A DNA stretch of 64,000 nt, from positions 15,438,001 through 15,502,000 of the forward strand of contig OX597838.1 in NCBI GenBank assembly GCA_951406725.2, read 5' to 3'. Numbering within the stretch: the stretch's first letter is position 1; every line of letters starts with the position of its first letter. Origin of the DNA: Octopus vulgaris (lineage: Eukaryota). Below, one piece after another: positions 1 through 11,868 of this stretch. A program made the position numbers and the translations under genes. The notes under the pieces were generated by a model. It saw only the letters and a list, made by a program, of their open reading frames with translations, was not told the origin of the DNA and searched no databases.

Positions 1-129
1 TTTGCCCTGTCCTCTGTTTTAAATATGCATAAATGATGCCATATGCTCACCCTCTTGCAATGGGGATGTTATTTAAAATATCTGCCGAGATTGTCCCTAA
101 CTTATGCTTTGATGGAAGAAAATGTCCTG

Positions 130-290
130 TGGCCTTGGCAAACAAGACTTGTGATCAAAACGTTCTGTCTTTTTTGTATATCTAGGACTACATTGTTCAA
201 TGTGTTCTCTCTTTTTTAAAGATAGTAATGTTTGATTTAAGGGATTTAGCTGCTATTTCTAGCAGGTCAAGTAACAAAGTAGCTCTTGAA
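130..290. repeat. Old dispersed repeat (family G), unclassified
   Basis: Motifs ggactacattgt..aatg and gctgctatttctagcaggtc recur, degenerate and in both orientations, near 1010, 2320, 6520, 10570, 10900, 11910, 32310, 42520 and 56040. Confidence 0.55.
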
Positions 291-1534
291 ATTTGTTGGC
301 ATAGTGCCATTATGACCACCACTCCTACTATTTCTGCTGCTACTTTACCAGTAATACTCTTGACTGATAGATAGAGGTGGTGTGGTGGAGGGTAGATTCA
401 ACAGAGCATCAGACAAAATGTTGTATGGCATTTGGTTACATCCTTTTACATTGTAAGTTCAAATCTCTCTGAAATCCATTTTGACTTGTCATCCTTCCAG
501 GGTCAGTAAAATATGTACAAGTTTATAAATTTTGTGTTGGTAAGTAGTTACTGTTATCAACTGTAAGCCCTTTAAGATGATGCTGTAGCATGGCCACAGT
601 CCATTGACTGAAATCCTTGAAAGAGTAAGTGAAGCAATGTAGATTCTACTGAGAATTGAAATGACAATATGGATTTTACTCCACAAGGGTTTATACTTGT
701 CCAGTGGTACTTAGTGCAACATTAAAATACAAATTGATACATATTTAAGTTGAAACTCCCTATTGATGTGTATATGACCTCTTGTTGAGTTGGTAATTAT
801 ATTTTCAGGCAGTCTATCTTTTGCCCGGAGATATTAATTTCTATATTCTTTGAATATGTAATTATTTCAGCCTACCAATTTATATTCTAATTAATACCCA
901 GAGGTGAGGCACTGGGTGGCTTGAAAATTCTTTAGTTTCTTTTTACTAAGTAAAGTGAAACACTTTTAGACACAACCTTCTTGAGGTCAGTAAGGAGCCT
1001 GTACCTCATCACTGTTTACTAGAAATAGCAAGCAAGTCTTCATGATCCAAACCCTAAAAAAAAACCCAAAAAAAAGACAGGTGAGCAGTGGGGGTGGGTC
1101 ACATTGGATAATCTTGTCCTTAAAACTAAAACTAGAAGTGTCAAAGCTGAACAACTTTTGATCATAAATTTACTGGATCAAGAGCTGACCTGGGGCCTAA
1201 GCAATAACATCAATGTAGTATGGAGAAGAAATGGGTTGATCAAGGCTTGAATGGATGGCATTGACCCTTGGTTTGTTGAACCAGAGTTAACCTGTAGCTA
1301 CACAACAACAATAACCACCACTTAAGGATGTTAATAGTTTATTGGTAATGTCAGAAGTGATTTTATTCCTAATGTTAGTTAGATTGAGTTTCTTCAATCA
1401 GCACAGATGTTCCTCCAATAGTCTGTCCCCCATTGTTGATTTCTAATCTGGAACTGATAGGCACTGTTGATCACTAGTCTGTCAACATGTAACCAGTCAA
1501 TCTCTGCTCCTGTGGGCCATGCGTTTGTCCCCAG

Positions 1535-1877
1535 AGTAAAGGATAAAGATCCCTTTCAGTCATGATTGACCATGGGATTGCACCTAGAAAGTTTCCCTCT
1601 GAGGCACAATTCTAGACAAGGCTGTTTATGGAAGACCAGCAGTCATCCATGCATACCGACCTCCCCTCTCCACACCACCGATGTTATCAAGGGAAAAGCA
1701 AAGGTTGAGAAAGCTTGGCACCAGTGATGTTGCAAATCATTTCTACAGCTGAGTGAACTGGAGCAACTTGAAATAAAATGTTTTGCTCAAGAACACAACA
1801 CACAGCAGAATCTGGGAATTGAACAAAACCTCACGATTTTGAGCCCGATGCTCTAACCATTGAGCCATGTGCCTTCA
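1535..1877 (-). mobile_element. tRNA-derived SINE, family C
   Basis: Minus strand starts gaaggcacatggctcaatggttagagcatcgggctc (A-box-like) with a ttcaattccc B-box-like motif; body shared with the copies at 48435 and 49092. Confidence 0.85.
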
Positions 1878-2067
1878 ACATTTCCCTAATGCATTTGTTC
1901 CAGGCCCAGTAGCAGTGCCCAGCAAAAAGGTCTCTCCCAGCTCTGACCGCCTCTGAGGTGGTCATTCCCAATGTTGGTCAGTTTTAATTAAGAGAAGAAA
2001 AAAAACACAACAACTCAAACACTCCTTGCTATGCCAGGTTGTATGCAGTTTTTACTTAAAGTGGGGT

Positions 2068-2202
2068 ATTGTATGGCGCTCATGCCAGGAGTGGAGTGTC
2101 AGCTGTATGGTATATAATGGTTATGTATATACTTAGTGGAGTGTCAGTTGTATGATGTCCATATTAGGAAATGGAGTTAGTTGTATGATATCCATACCAG
2201 GA
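2068..2202. repeat. Degenerate minisatellite, unit of about 32 bp
   Basis: Three to four imperfect copies of agtggagtgtcagttgtatgatgtccataccagga. Confidence 0.55.
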
Positions 2203-2694
2203 AGGTATATTCTATGTCAGTGATGTTGTAGACAAGGATTCTATTGGCTGCTTGGAGGAGTTCCTTTTAGGTAAACCAAGTAGTGAGTAAATAGCAAGCC
2301 AGTAAGAGGATGTCTGCACTGATAGAAATAACAAACAAATCTCTTTCAAATCAAATCTTCTTGCTTGAATACTTTGGGTAATATAATCTTCCTGATCTAC
2401 AGAATGACTGCCTGGTCACAGGTGGAGTACCTTTTGATTATAAAGGTTTTGCTTGACTTGGGCCTGACCCTGTACTTAACAACAGCAATAGTGTTGGTTA
2501 CAAGGAAGAAGGTAATGTTGTAAGGTGTAAGTGAGTTTAAACTGTGGAGGTATAATTGAAACTTGTTCATGATTTTATCGAATTTAATGACTAAGAGCAA
2601 CAGTTAAGTCCAAGGTTAAACTGATTGGTTTGACAAATTATCTTCAAATATTTATCATGTCTATTTGAGAAATGTAATGCCATAAACATAATGA

Positions 2695-3375
2695 GCACAG
2701 GCATGGCTGTGTGATTAAGACGCTTGCTTTGCAATGAGAATGGAAACTGAAGGAAGCTGACTCTATGTGCATGTGTGTGTGTGTGTGTCTGTACATATTG
2801 AACATTATCCGCTCAGTTGAAGTCGACTCTTGGTCACTCGTTGGATCAGTGTCCTCCAGTCAGTTCTATCCTGGGCCGCTTCTTTCAGATTGGCTATGTC
2901 CATTCCGGTATCACTCTTGATGGTGTCAAGCCAGCAGGTTCTTGGTCGGCCTCTTCCTCTCTTGCCACTGACCATTCCGAGCATGATGTCCTTCTCCAGG
3001 GATTTTCTCCGCATAATATGACCGAAATATGCCAATCTATGCTTGGTGATCCTAGCTTCTAGCAACATTTTCTGCCTTATCTGCTTAAGAACTTCTCCAT
3101 TGGTGTGGCTGTATCCTTGTCTAAATATCACATGATGGCTGTAAAGGATGATCATCATCATAATCATGATCATCATCATAATCATGATCATCATAAAAGC
3201 AAGGTTGTTCTTCAGTTTTCCATGAAAAATATGTCTAGCTATGTCAAAAAATTCCTTGCTTGGAAGCAGGTGAGGGCTGGCAACAAGAAGAGCATCCAGC
3301 TATAAAAACTCTGTCTCAACAGGTTCAGTTTGACCCATACAGGTATGTAAAAGTGAACATTGAATGGTGAGGATG
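2695..3375 (+). mobile_element. SINE family B2 (B-type tRNA head, F-type tail), interrupted by an RTE fragment
   Basis: Head gcaggcatggctgtgtg...ggaaactgaaggaagc; tail ggaagcaggtgagggctggcaacaagaagagcatccagc; collinear with the copies at 52577 and 57333. Confidence 0.65.
2805..3107 (-). mobile_element. 5'-truncated RTE-clade (BovB-like) LINE 3' end
   Basis: Reads TNGEVLKQIR..LEARITKHRLAYFGHIMRRKSLEKDIMLGMVSGKRGRGRPRTCWLDTIKSDTG..AAQDRTDWR; YFGH.MRR, GKRGRGRP..W.D and DR..WR are typical of the RTE ORF C-terminus. Confidence 0.9.
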
Positions 3376-3391
3376 GTGGTAATGTATAATA

Positions 3392-3620
3392 GTGGCGAGC
3401 TGGCAGAAACGTTAGCACGCCGGGCGAAATGCTTAGTGGTATTTCGTCTGCCGCTACGTTCTGAGTTCAAATTCCGCTGAGGTCGACTTTGCTTTTCATC
3501 CTTTCGGGGTCGATTAAATAAGTCCCAGTTACGCACTGGGGTCGATATAATCGACTTAATCCGTTTGTCTGTCCTTGTTTGTCCCCCTCTGTGTTTAGCC
3601 CCTTGTGGGTAGTAAAGAAA
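3392..3620 (+). mobile_element. SINE family A, subfamily A1, full length
   Basis: ggcgagctggcagaaacgttagc head, gttcaaattcc B-box-like motif, central cttttcatcctttcggggtcgattaaataagt, tail gccccttgtgggtagtaaagaaa. Confidence 0.9.
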
Positions 3621-5038
3621 AAGGTAATGTATATTAGTGGTGCTCTTTTTGTCAATTGGCACTCAACAAAAAGAGAAACCAACACTTGTATAAGTTATAT
3701 TTTCATGTTTTTGGTACAATTTGTGGCTGGATACTCTCTCTGTCACCAACTACAGTGGACTGGGTGCATTTTATTGAGATTGTGTGAGTATGTGTGTTTG
3801 TCATGAAGACTGGCAAAGCAATTTTCATTTGTAACTAAACTATTTTACAGCAAAATTGTGTAGTTATATATTTGCGTGTGTATATGTTTGTTTGTGTAGG
3901 CTGTCATATATATGTGTATGTGTGTGCGTGGTATATCTGTGTTAATTTGTGTAGTTGTACGTGTGGTACTTTTTTATGTTGGTGGGCATTAGAAGATATT
4001 TAATTGTTATTTCAGTGATAATGAAGAAAACAGACCTAGACTTTTTGAACTTCCATATCATCCCACTCCTTCCCTTACATAGCTACCTACCTACCTACCA
4101 CTACTCCTCCTCCTCCTCCTCTCTTCTTCCAGAAGAACTTTTATTCCATCATTCCAATTTCATAATAATGTCTATCAAGTTCTGTTTGGCAATTTACCAA
4201 CAGGAGAGAGAGAGAGAGAGAGAGAGAAATTGTGTGTGTGTCTGTATGAGTAGAGAGATTGTGTGTGAGTATAAGCGTGGGTGTGTGAGAGTATGTATGT
4301 GAGTATGAGTTTGAGTGTATGTGTTTGAGGGAAGGTGTGAGAGAGAGAGAGAGAGAGTGCGGGAGCATATTTTGTGCATGTGTGTATGTGTGGGATGATC
4401 ACAGTGGCTCTGTGGCATTGAACGGTGGTACTATGTTGCTTAATTTAGCAATAATTTCTCTTTCTACCCTCAGTACACTGATCTGGTATTACAGGAATCA
4501 ATACAGCATATGAGGGTGTGGCAGTCGAAAGTAACTTGGTCAGCCAGCACTGCCTGTACTTCAAACATGACTTATACATAGTTTATTACGTATCATGTTA
4601 TCTCTCTCTCTTTCACACACACACACACTGGTTTCAAGATGACATTTTATCAGATGTTCTTTCCAAAACCACGATAAAGTTGAAAATTATACCAGTAGAA
4701 TGCAAAAAAAAAAAAAAAAAAAGCAGTTGCAAAAAAAAAAAAAAGTGCTAAAAACAAAAGTGCCATAGAGGGCACCTCTATGTTGGTGCTTTACAATTTT
4801 GTTTGTTGCATAACACTAAAATATTGCAAAATTGTCACGAGGTTAGGATATTTTTATCATAGATTTTTTCACAATTTGCTGATTGAAGTTAAAACTTTGA
4901 TTAGCAATTTTGACCAGGAGCTGTGGAAATGGAGTCATTGAGCCAGAGTTGAAAGCAGTTGTTGGGGTCAACTCGGTGAAAATTTACTGACCACCACTCT
5001 GATTAAATGCAAATTTTAATATATTGTGTTTAAAAGAA

Positions 5039-5250
5039 GGTGGTAAGCTGGCAAAATTGTTAGCATGCTGGGCAAAATGTTAGTGGCATTTCATCCATAT
5101 TTATGTTCTAAGTTCAAATTTTGCTGATGTCAGCTTTGCCTTTCATCCTTTCAGGATCAATAAAATGAGTCCCAGTTGAGCACTGGGGCTGATCTAATCA
5201 ACCTGTCCCTCTCCTGAAATTGCTGGCCTTGTACCAAAACATGAAAACAA
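5039..5250 (+). mobile_element. SINE family A, subfamily A2, diverged
   Basis: Same head and core as A1, with the alternative tail aaattgctggccttgtaccaaaa. Confidence 0.8.
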
Positions 5251-5284
5251 TATAATGTGTTTAAATTTCCAGTTTTCAACATGA

Positions 5285-5612
5285 CTGCTTACTTACTTTA
5301 GCCCCCTTTGCCTCCATATGGAGCATTGGCCATCAATGACCTTTTTCCAAAGTTTTTAGTTCTGGGCTGTCTTTTTTTTTCTTCCCCCAGTTTTGAATTG
5401 TATTCAATGCTTCTATAATGTTGCTTTTTTTCTTTCTAGGTAGGGATGTTGACCCTACAAAAACACATTTTTACCTCTTTTTTTTATTTAAAAAACCCCA
5501 CATTTTTACCCTTTGACTTGTACAGGATGGGAAGCTCTCCTGGGAGCTCATGTTCTGCTGGCATAGCTCTCAGGGTCACTGATGCACACAAGCCATCACA
5601 TTACAACAAGGA
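5285..5612 (-). mobile_element. Probable non-autonomous bipartite RTE derivative (5'UTR joined to 3' end)
   Basis: Minus strand starts ccttgttgtaatgtgatggcttgtgtgcatcagtgaccctgagagctatgccagc (resembles RTE 5'UTRs) and ends ggccaatgctccatatggagg..taaagtaagtaagc (RTE-like end with a short tandem tail). Confidence 0.5.
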
Positions 5613-6749
5613 TAGGACCTTGTGTTGGAATTTGCTTACTGCACAACAAAATAATCAAATCAGGTTTAAGGGCTCCTACAAAGATGGATCTATTTGACGA
5701 AGCAATTTTCTTAGAAAATTTTGGATTTTTTTTTTATTTAACCTATCTTCTATAGATGTGATGTTTCTTCAATGAATTTTATAAGGACAAACTTTTCAGT
5801 CATTTATGATAAAATTTTTATTTCAAGTTACTTTCAATTAAATTTTATATTCCAATATAGTAGGCTTATGTGTCTAATTGAGTTTATTTCTTTTAAAATG
5901 GTCATTTCTGGAAATATGCTAAATCTGTCTGAGATTTACACTACTATCTAAAAAAAAAAAAAAATAACAGATTGGATAATGTAGTGTGAGACACTTTATA
6001 TCTGAATAAAGCATTGAGCAGTCACAGTTGAAACACCTTTGATTATAAGTTCTGCTGGGTCAGATTAATATGATAAAAACATGCAGTAAATTGTTTGTTA
6101 ATACCAAGAAAACCAAATGACCTACATTCATAACATTCCTTTGCATATTTGTTTGCTTCATTTTGTTTAGTCTTTCCTTTAATATATATGAAATACCTGG
6201 ATGGGTTGGTTGTCTCATTAGAAACTATTGTCTCCACTATATATTTAGTTTCTTTGCTATTTGTATTATGACTCTCTTCACACTGCTCTTTATGCATGTT
6301 TATATATTTTTAGGCTTAATTGCTAACTAGACTTCATAATACTTAGGTTTGTGTATATATTAGTTTGGGTGTCTGTTGGATATTGTAGAGGGGTTAGCAT
6401 ACATGTTTGTCTAGTGTAATAAAAGCTGAAGGAGTGGCAACATACAGGTATCATACTTTAGGTCATGATAAAGCAATACAGGTGTAGTTGGTAAGCTGTG
6501 GTTGTTTTTTTTAGCTGTAGGTCAACCCTGACTGGGCAGATTTATGATATTCCAGCTTTGTCCCAACTATCTTTTTCTGCTGCAGGGACTACATTGTCTA
6601 ATGTAGAGTATATAATTTTTGAAGAAAATTTGGTCACTATTTCCAGCAGGTCAAGTTTGGCAGGAACTATGCAGGCACCTATCTGATAGCCCCTCTCTCT
6701 GTTTTTGGGTGGTAGACTTAAACTTTCCTTTTTTATATATTTGATGCCT

Positions 6750-7900
6750 TAAAGAGGTTGATCTTTGGTCTGTGGATAATCCATGAATCTTGATTTCATC
6801 CTTTCTTTCTCCCTTTTGCAAAAGGCCATGGATACTGTGCCCATGACTCTATTATTCAGTTTCTTACAGAAGGAATGTGTTCCACTGGTGATGCAGTCTA
6901 TCTGCTGCCAGCACTCTGTGTAATGGGTTGGGTGTGCCCTAATTGCTAATCCACAGATATGCTGAGGCAGCACCACCTGTAGAGATTCCTAGATGGCAAG
7001 CAGATGTGGGAAATCTTTTTAGAGATATATCTTTCTATAGTTCATCTTCTCAACAGAGTGACAGTCTTGAGATAAGCAAAAACTGAGATTGGGCATTTGG
7101 TATCTAGAATGTCATCAGGCACTCATTGTCCTCTACTAGTCTGGTGTTAGGATTGCTGGGATGTTCTACTCTTGCAACTTATAAAGAATTAGTGGCAGGG
7201 AAGAATGATGTTCTTGGGGGAAACTCTAGACATCACTGAATATCTTTGTTCTGGAAGGGTTTTTGGATTGGGGACTTCTATGGATAATTTCCAGAAGTCT
7301 GACTGTGCTGTTGAAGGGTGTCACTGGCCTGAGATAAACTCTATTGGCATGAAAGTGAGGTCAGACAGGCCTGTTTGAGGTGTGTTCAAAGGGACAAACC
7401 ACAGCAATGCTTGGACACTTGTTCAGTGTCCATGCATTGTTGACCTGTGAAGTAATGTTAAGATGTGGGTGTGGGGCAGATCTGACTACTATCTGAGTCC
7501 ACAGTGATGATTGCCCCCACTCTACTTCTCCTTTTTTTAACAAGGCAAAGAAGGCAGTGCCTCTCTGTCTATAAGCAAAAGCAATTGTGTGGTGGATGAA
7601 GCTGAATGGTATGAAGATACAGGGTTTCCTCTTTGGTAGAATCCTCTTTGACTTCTAGTTTCACTTAAAATGAAAGTGACGGTGGAGAGGGAGGTGCTCT
7701 CTTTGAATGAGGTTATTGAAAGGTGAGTGAGAGTGGTAAAAAACGGTAGGAGTGGATGGGACCACTCTAAGCATAAAGCCTGTAAGTTTGAGAAAGAAGC
7801 TTTGAGAGGACACTTGCCTTGGTGTTCAGGAAGATCTTTGCTGTGAGGGTTCCTTGTTTGAAATTAGAGGTCTTCTTGTATCATGAGTATTGCATTATGC
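6750..7900 (+). mobile_element. Highly decayed LINE 3' region, possibly L1/Tx1-like
   Basis: GC-richer block with a frameshifted CLRC...TLVQCPCIVDL* near 7371-7449, resembling the CxxC..H...CP knuckle of Tx1 ORF2; many stops. Confidence 0.35.
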
Positions 7901-8766
7901 TCATCTTTCTCAATGTCACATACCATGAATACTTGTTCATTTTTCGTTTTTAAATCATTTGATTTTATGTAAATCCCTCCCACTTTATGTCTACCTTTGC
8001 ATTGTTACACCTGCCTTTTGATATTATTTATTATTATTATTTCATCAATACCAAAATCCTCATCATTAGTAGTAAGCATCTGTCGGTCTCGAGAGACCAT
8101 GGATCTGTGCCCAAAGACATTGTGCCAGCTGTTGATGGTAGTGCAGCATCTGCAGTGACTATGCGTGACTTACAAATATGATCAAGCAAAAGTTAAACAT
8201 TTTGCTGTTTCCTGTGAAATCTAAAGCCCTTAACCTGCTGAGCCAATTAATAAAGGAGTCGATGACAAACAGAAATGTCCGCATTGCAGCAAGGAAGATT
8301 TCCTTTTTGAAGGAGGAAGAACAACCAAGGAAGAGATCCTTTAACTGTTCCAGTGGTTTGCTTTCCGTGGCATATGATGGGGTTGATGAGAATTGGCCTA
8401 AAGTTTTGGCATACATCATTCAGTACATCATGTTTCAATTTTTTAAAGTAAAATTTTGTGTGTGTGTGTGTGCGTGCGCGCATGCGTGCATGTGAGAATA
8501 AATAGTGGGAAGATTTAAGATTTGTTGAAATAATAAAAGTCTTATGAATGTGATTGATGCAGCTATTATAATTAGAGTTCATATACTTAATGGCATGAAA
8601 CAGTGAATAGATTATTATTGACAATCAGACAAGTTGGTGTCAATGTTTTAATGCTCCATGTGTTAAACACACCAACTAATGATAGATTGATGACATTGGG
8701 TAGGGGAGAACCTGGTATTAGTCATTAACTAATATTATTTTCATAATTTCAGCAATTACAAGTGAC

Positions 8767-8812
8767 AACTCTGGACATGTTTTAGACTTATTCTGTCCTC
8801 ATCAGAAAAGTT
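8767..8812 (-). ncRNA. Decayed minimal type-I hammerhead ribozyme motif (Penelope-like element remnant)
   Basis: Minus strand reads aactttt CTGATGA ggac-agaataa-gtct AAAA CATGTC cagagtt. Stem I, stem II, palindromic stem III (ACATGT) and the GUC site are present, but GAAA reads AAAA. Confidence 0.55.
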
Positions 8813-9408
8813 TAGGTGTTACAGTACAGGTGAAAGTAGTGATGAAAGACTCACTAAGTAAATGCACAAGATTATTATACATTTATTGGTGCAGGTAAAT
8901 AGAACTGTTTCAAAATGAAATAGTTCAGATGCCATCTACCTAAGAAAAGCTACAGTTAATGTTAATATAGGGAGCATTACAAAGCTAATTTGAAATATAT
9001 ACGTAGCAAGGAGACTTCCACCACACAAAAGAGAAAAAAAAATACAAACTAGTATTAGTCAATGACTAAACATTATTTTAATTATTCCAGCAGCTATGTG
9101 TTAGTCTTCTACTGACATTTGTTAGTGTAAGAAAATAGAATTGTTTAGCGATAAAATAATTCAAATATTTTCGTTGACTGCTTGTGTTGTAGTTTAGTAT
9201 TAAATTTGTATGATATCGATCTAGTTACACTAACACACGCAAGACTGGATAAAAATAAAACACTGAATCACATAGTGCTAAACATTGAATGCTCTTTATA
9301 AAAATGAAATTTCTACTTGGTTGATTTACAAAATTGACTCACAAACAAGTCCATAGTTATTATAATTTTGTTTAAAGAAGTTATTGTTATTATTGGTAGT
9401 GGTGGTGT

Positions 9409-9783
9409 GTCATCATCATCATCATCATCATTTTAAGGCTAGCATGGTTTGGATGGTTCAGCTGGTGTCTGGGAAGTCAGAAGGCTGCACCAGGCCCAGT
9501 CTCATCTGGCAATGTTTCTATGGCTAGATGCCCTTCCTAATGTCAACCACTCCGTGAGTGTAGTGGGTGCTTTTTATGTGCCAGACGAGGCTGGCAAATG
9601 GCCATGGTCAGATGGTGCTTTTTACATGCCACTGGCACGGGGGCCAGGCGAGGCTGGCAACAGCCACGATCGGATGGTGCTTTTTACGTGCCACCAGCAC
9701 GGGGGCCAGGCGAGGCTGGCAATGGCCACGTTCGGATGGTTCGCTTACATGCCACCGGCACTGGTATCACAGCTACAATTTCC
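9409..9783 (-). mobile_element. Family F short retroposon with internal tandem units of about 57 bp and a (GAT)n tail
   Basis: Plus strand catcatcat...ggctagatgcccttcctaatgtcaaccac, then repeated ggtgctttttacgtgccacc.gcacgggggccaggcgaggctggcaa. Confidence 0.8.
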
Positions 9784-9859
9784 ATTGATGTTGGTCGATT
9801 TCAATTCTGATTCTGATTCTGGCATTGTTACATCTATTATTATTATCATCATTATTGTT

Positions 9860-10060
9860 AAGGCGTTGAGCTGGCAGAACCACTAGCATGCTAGGCAAAA
9901 TGCTTAGCAAGCAGCACTTATCCCATCTTGAGTTCAAATTCTGCTGAGATTGACTTTGCCTTTCATCCTTTTGGAGTTGATAAAATAAGTACCAGTTTTA
10001 GGTAATCGATGTACCCACTTTTCTGAAAATGCTGGCCTTGTGCCAAATTTTGAAACCATT
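9860..10060 (+). mobile_element. SINE family A2
   Basis: A head and core plus gctggccttgtgccaaattttgaaacc tail; preceded by an (ATT)n-like tract. Confidence 0.8.
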
Positions 10061-10139
10061 CTTCTTATTGTTGTTGTTGTCATTGAACACAGATCTTTTA
10101 TAGTTGGGTTGTGTATGATTGTGCCTCAGCTCCTATCTG

Positions 10140-10400
10140 TAGCTCACAGGCACAACACCTTCTTCAACACATAAGCTGTTCTAAGCACTGCGCCATTTAT
10201 GCACTCCCTAATATATCTGGTATTCCTAAGATCTCAAGTATTGCATCCAGGTTCTTTGAAATTGTTCCGAGTGCATTGATCGCACAAGGGACAATGGTCA
10301 AAGCAATGAGTTGGTGCATATTGACTTTACAGGTCCTCTTGGACTGGTCAGTCAATATTAATGTTTAGCCTGTGCTTTTGCATGTTTGGTATGAATGTAT
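10140..10400 (-). mobile_element. Decayed R4/Dong-like (RLE-type) LINE C-terminal fragment
   Basis: Minus frame TIVPCAINALGTISKNLDAILEILGIP matches the VP.VIGALG.I...L..LGI motif that follows the RLE domain. Confidence 0.55.
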
Positions 10401-11640
10401 GTCAAACAAATATGGGCAAGGAGATATTTTCTAAAGGTTTTTGACTTTGACAAGGAAGGAAGTATTGGGTGAAATAAGATACTTTTGATTACTTCTGCTG
10501 GACCAGGGCTAACTTAAAATTAAAAAAACATTACTGTTACACTATGCCATGCAACAAAGAAGCTTTTATTTGGTCATATGACCTGCTAGAAATAGCAGAC
10601 AAGCCCTGAAAATCACATCTTACTATGTAAAAAAGGGTACATTGGATAATGGAGTTCCAGATTATATTGAGTCTGAAGTAAAGGTTGATCATGAGTAAAT
10701 CAACCTTTCATTATAAAGTTTGCCAGATCAAGGTCAACCTAAGATTACGTAACAACAACAGTAATAAATAATATAGACAGTTTTTGGCCTAACTTCATCC
10801 AGCCCAGGTACTCAGGTGTATTTTGTTATTCAAGCGCATTTTGTTAATAACACAATTGGGCATGATGGCTGTCTATGGGGCAAGGTGTTGTTGTTGTTTA
10901 ACTTTAAGTCAGCTTTGATTGAACAAACCTATTATCAAAGGCATTCAGTATTTTCACTCGGACATGGTTATATCTAATGTCTCCTCCCTGAAACTGATTT
11001 GAGAGCGATTTAGTTATTTCTAACAGGCTTCAATGATCGTGTCAGGGTTTCCTTATTGATTTGTTGTGGTGGTGGTGGAGGTGTTGCTGGTGTGAACGTA
11101 AAAAATTCTAAGTTTCTCTTGTTCTGTGAACATGTAATATTACTTAGTTGGAGGAAGAGTAGTATCTATGGCCCTTTTGCAGGACCTTTGAAAACTAGTG
11201 GGAGGGAGGGAAGAAGGAAAGTATCCGAAATCAGAGGCCTTACCTAAATGCATACAACATAGGGAACTCTACTTATTGTATCTATGGATCAGGTGAGGCT
11301 GTAGTTTAAGACTACCACCCTTTGTAGGCCATGATATGATTTGAACTCAGAATGCAAAGAGTCAGAACAAATACCTCAAGTTATCCTGTCTAATGTTCCA
11401 ATAACCCTGCCAGTCCACTGCAGGAAAGATGAAAGGCAAAGTCAACCCTGGTGGAAATCAAACTCAGAACATAGGGAACTGGAATAAACCCCACTAGGTA
11501 TTTTCTTTGACGCTCTAACAACTCTGCAAGTTTGCCAGATTGCAAATTTGTTGTAGGTTGTTTGTTTTCACTCTCTTTTCCTTTACAAAAGTAAGTCATA
11601 CAAATGTCTTTCTAAACCCTAAAACCATAGTTCTTTATAT

Positions 11641-11868
11641 ATTTCTTTATTGCCCACAAGGGGCTAAACATAGAGGGGACAAAATAAGGACAGACAAAGG
11701 GATTAAATCGATTACATCGACCCCAGTGCGTAACTGGGACTTAATTTATCGACCCCGAAAGGATGAAAGGCAAAGTCGACCTCGGCGGAATTTGAACTCA
11801 CAACGTAACGGCAGACGAAATACCGCTAAGCATTTCGCCCGACGTGCTAACATTTTTGCCAGCTCGCC
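11641..11868 (-). mobile_element. SINE A1, full length with TSD
   Basis: Direct repeat ccatagttctttatat at 11625-11640 and 11867-11882 (first 2 nt overlap the SINE head). Confidence 0.93.

Noticed and set aside
8159-8440. Coding-looking stretch with ORFs on both strands
   Set aside because: No recognisable domain or convincing splice-site pair; a translated search is needed.
9563-9763. Regularly spaced repeats resembling a CRISPR array
   Set aside because: The intervening sequences are also repeated, so these are tandem units of family F; eukaryotic context and no cas genes.
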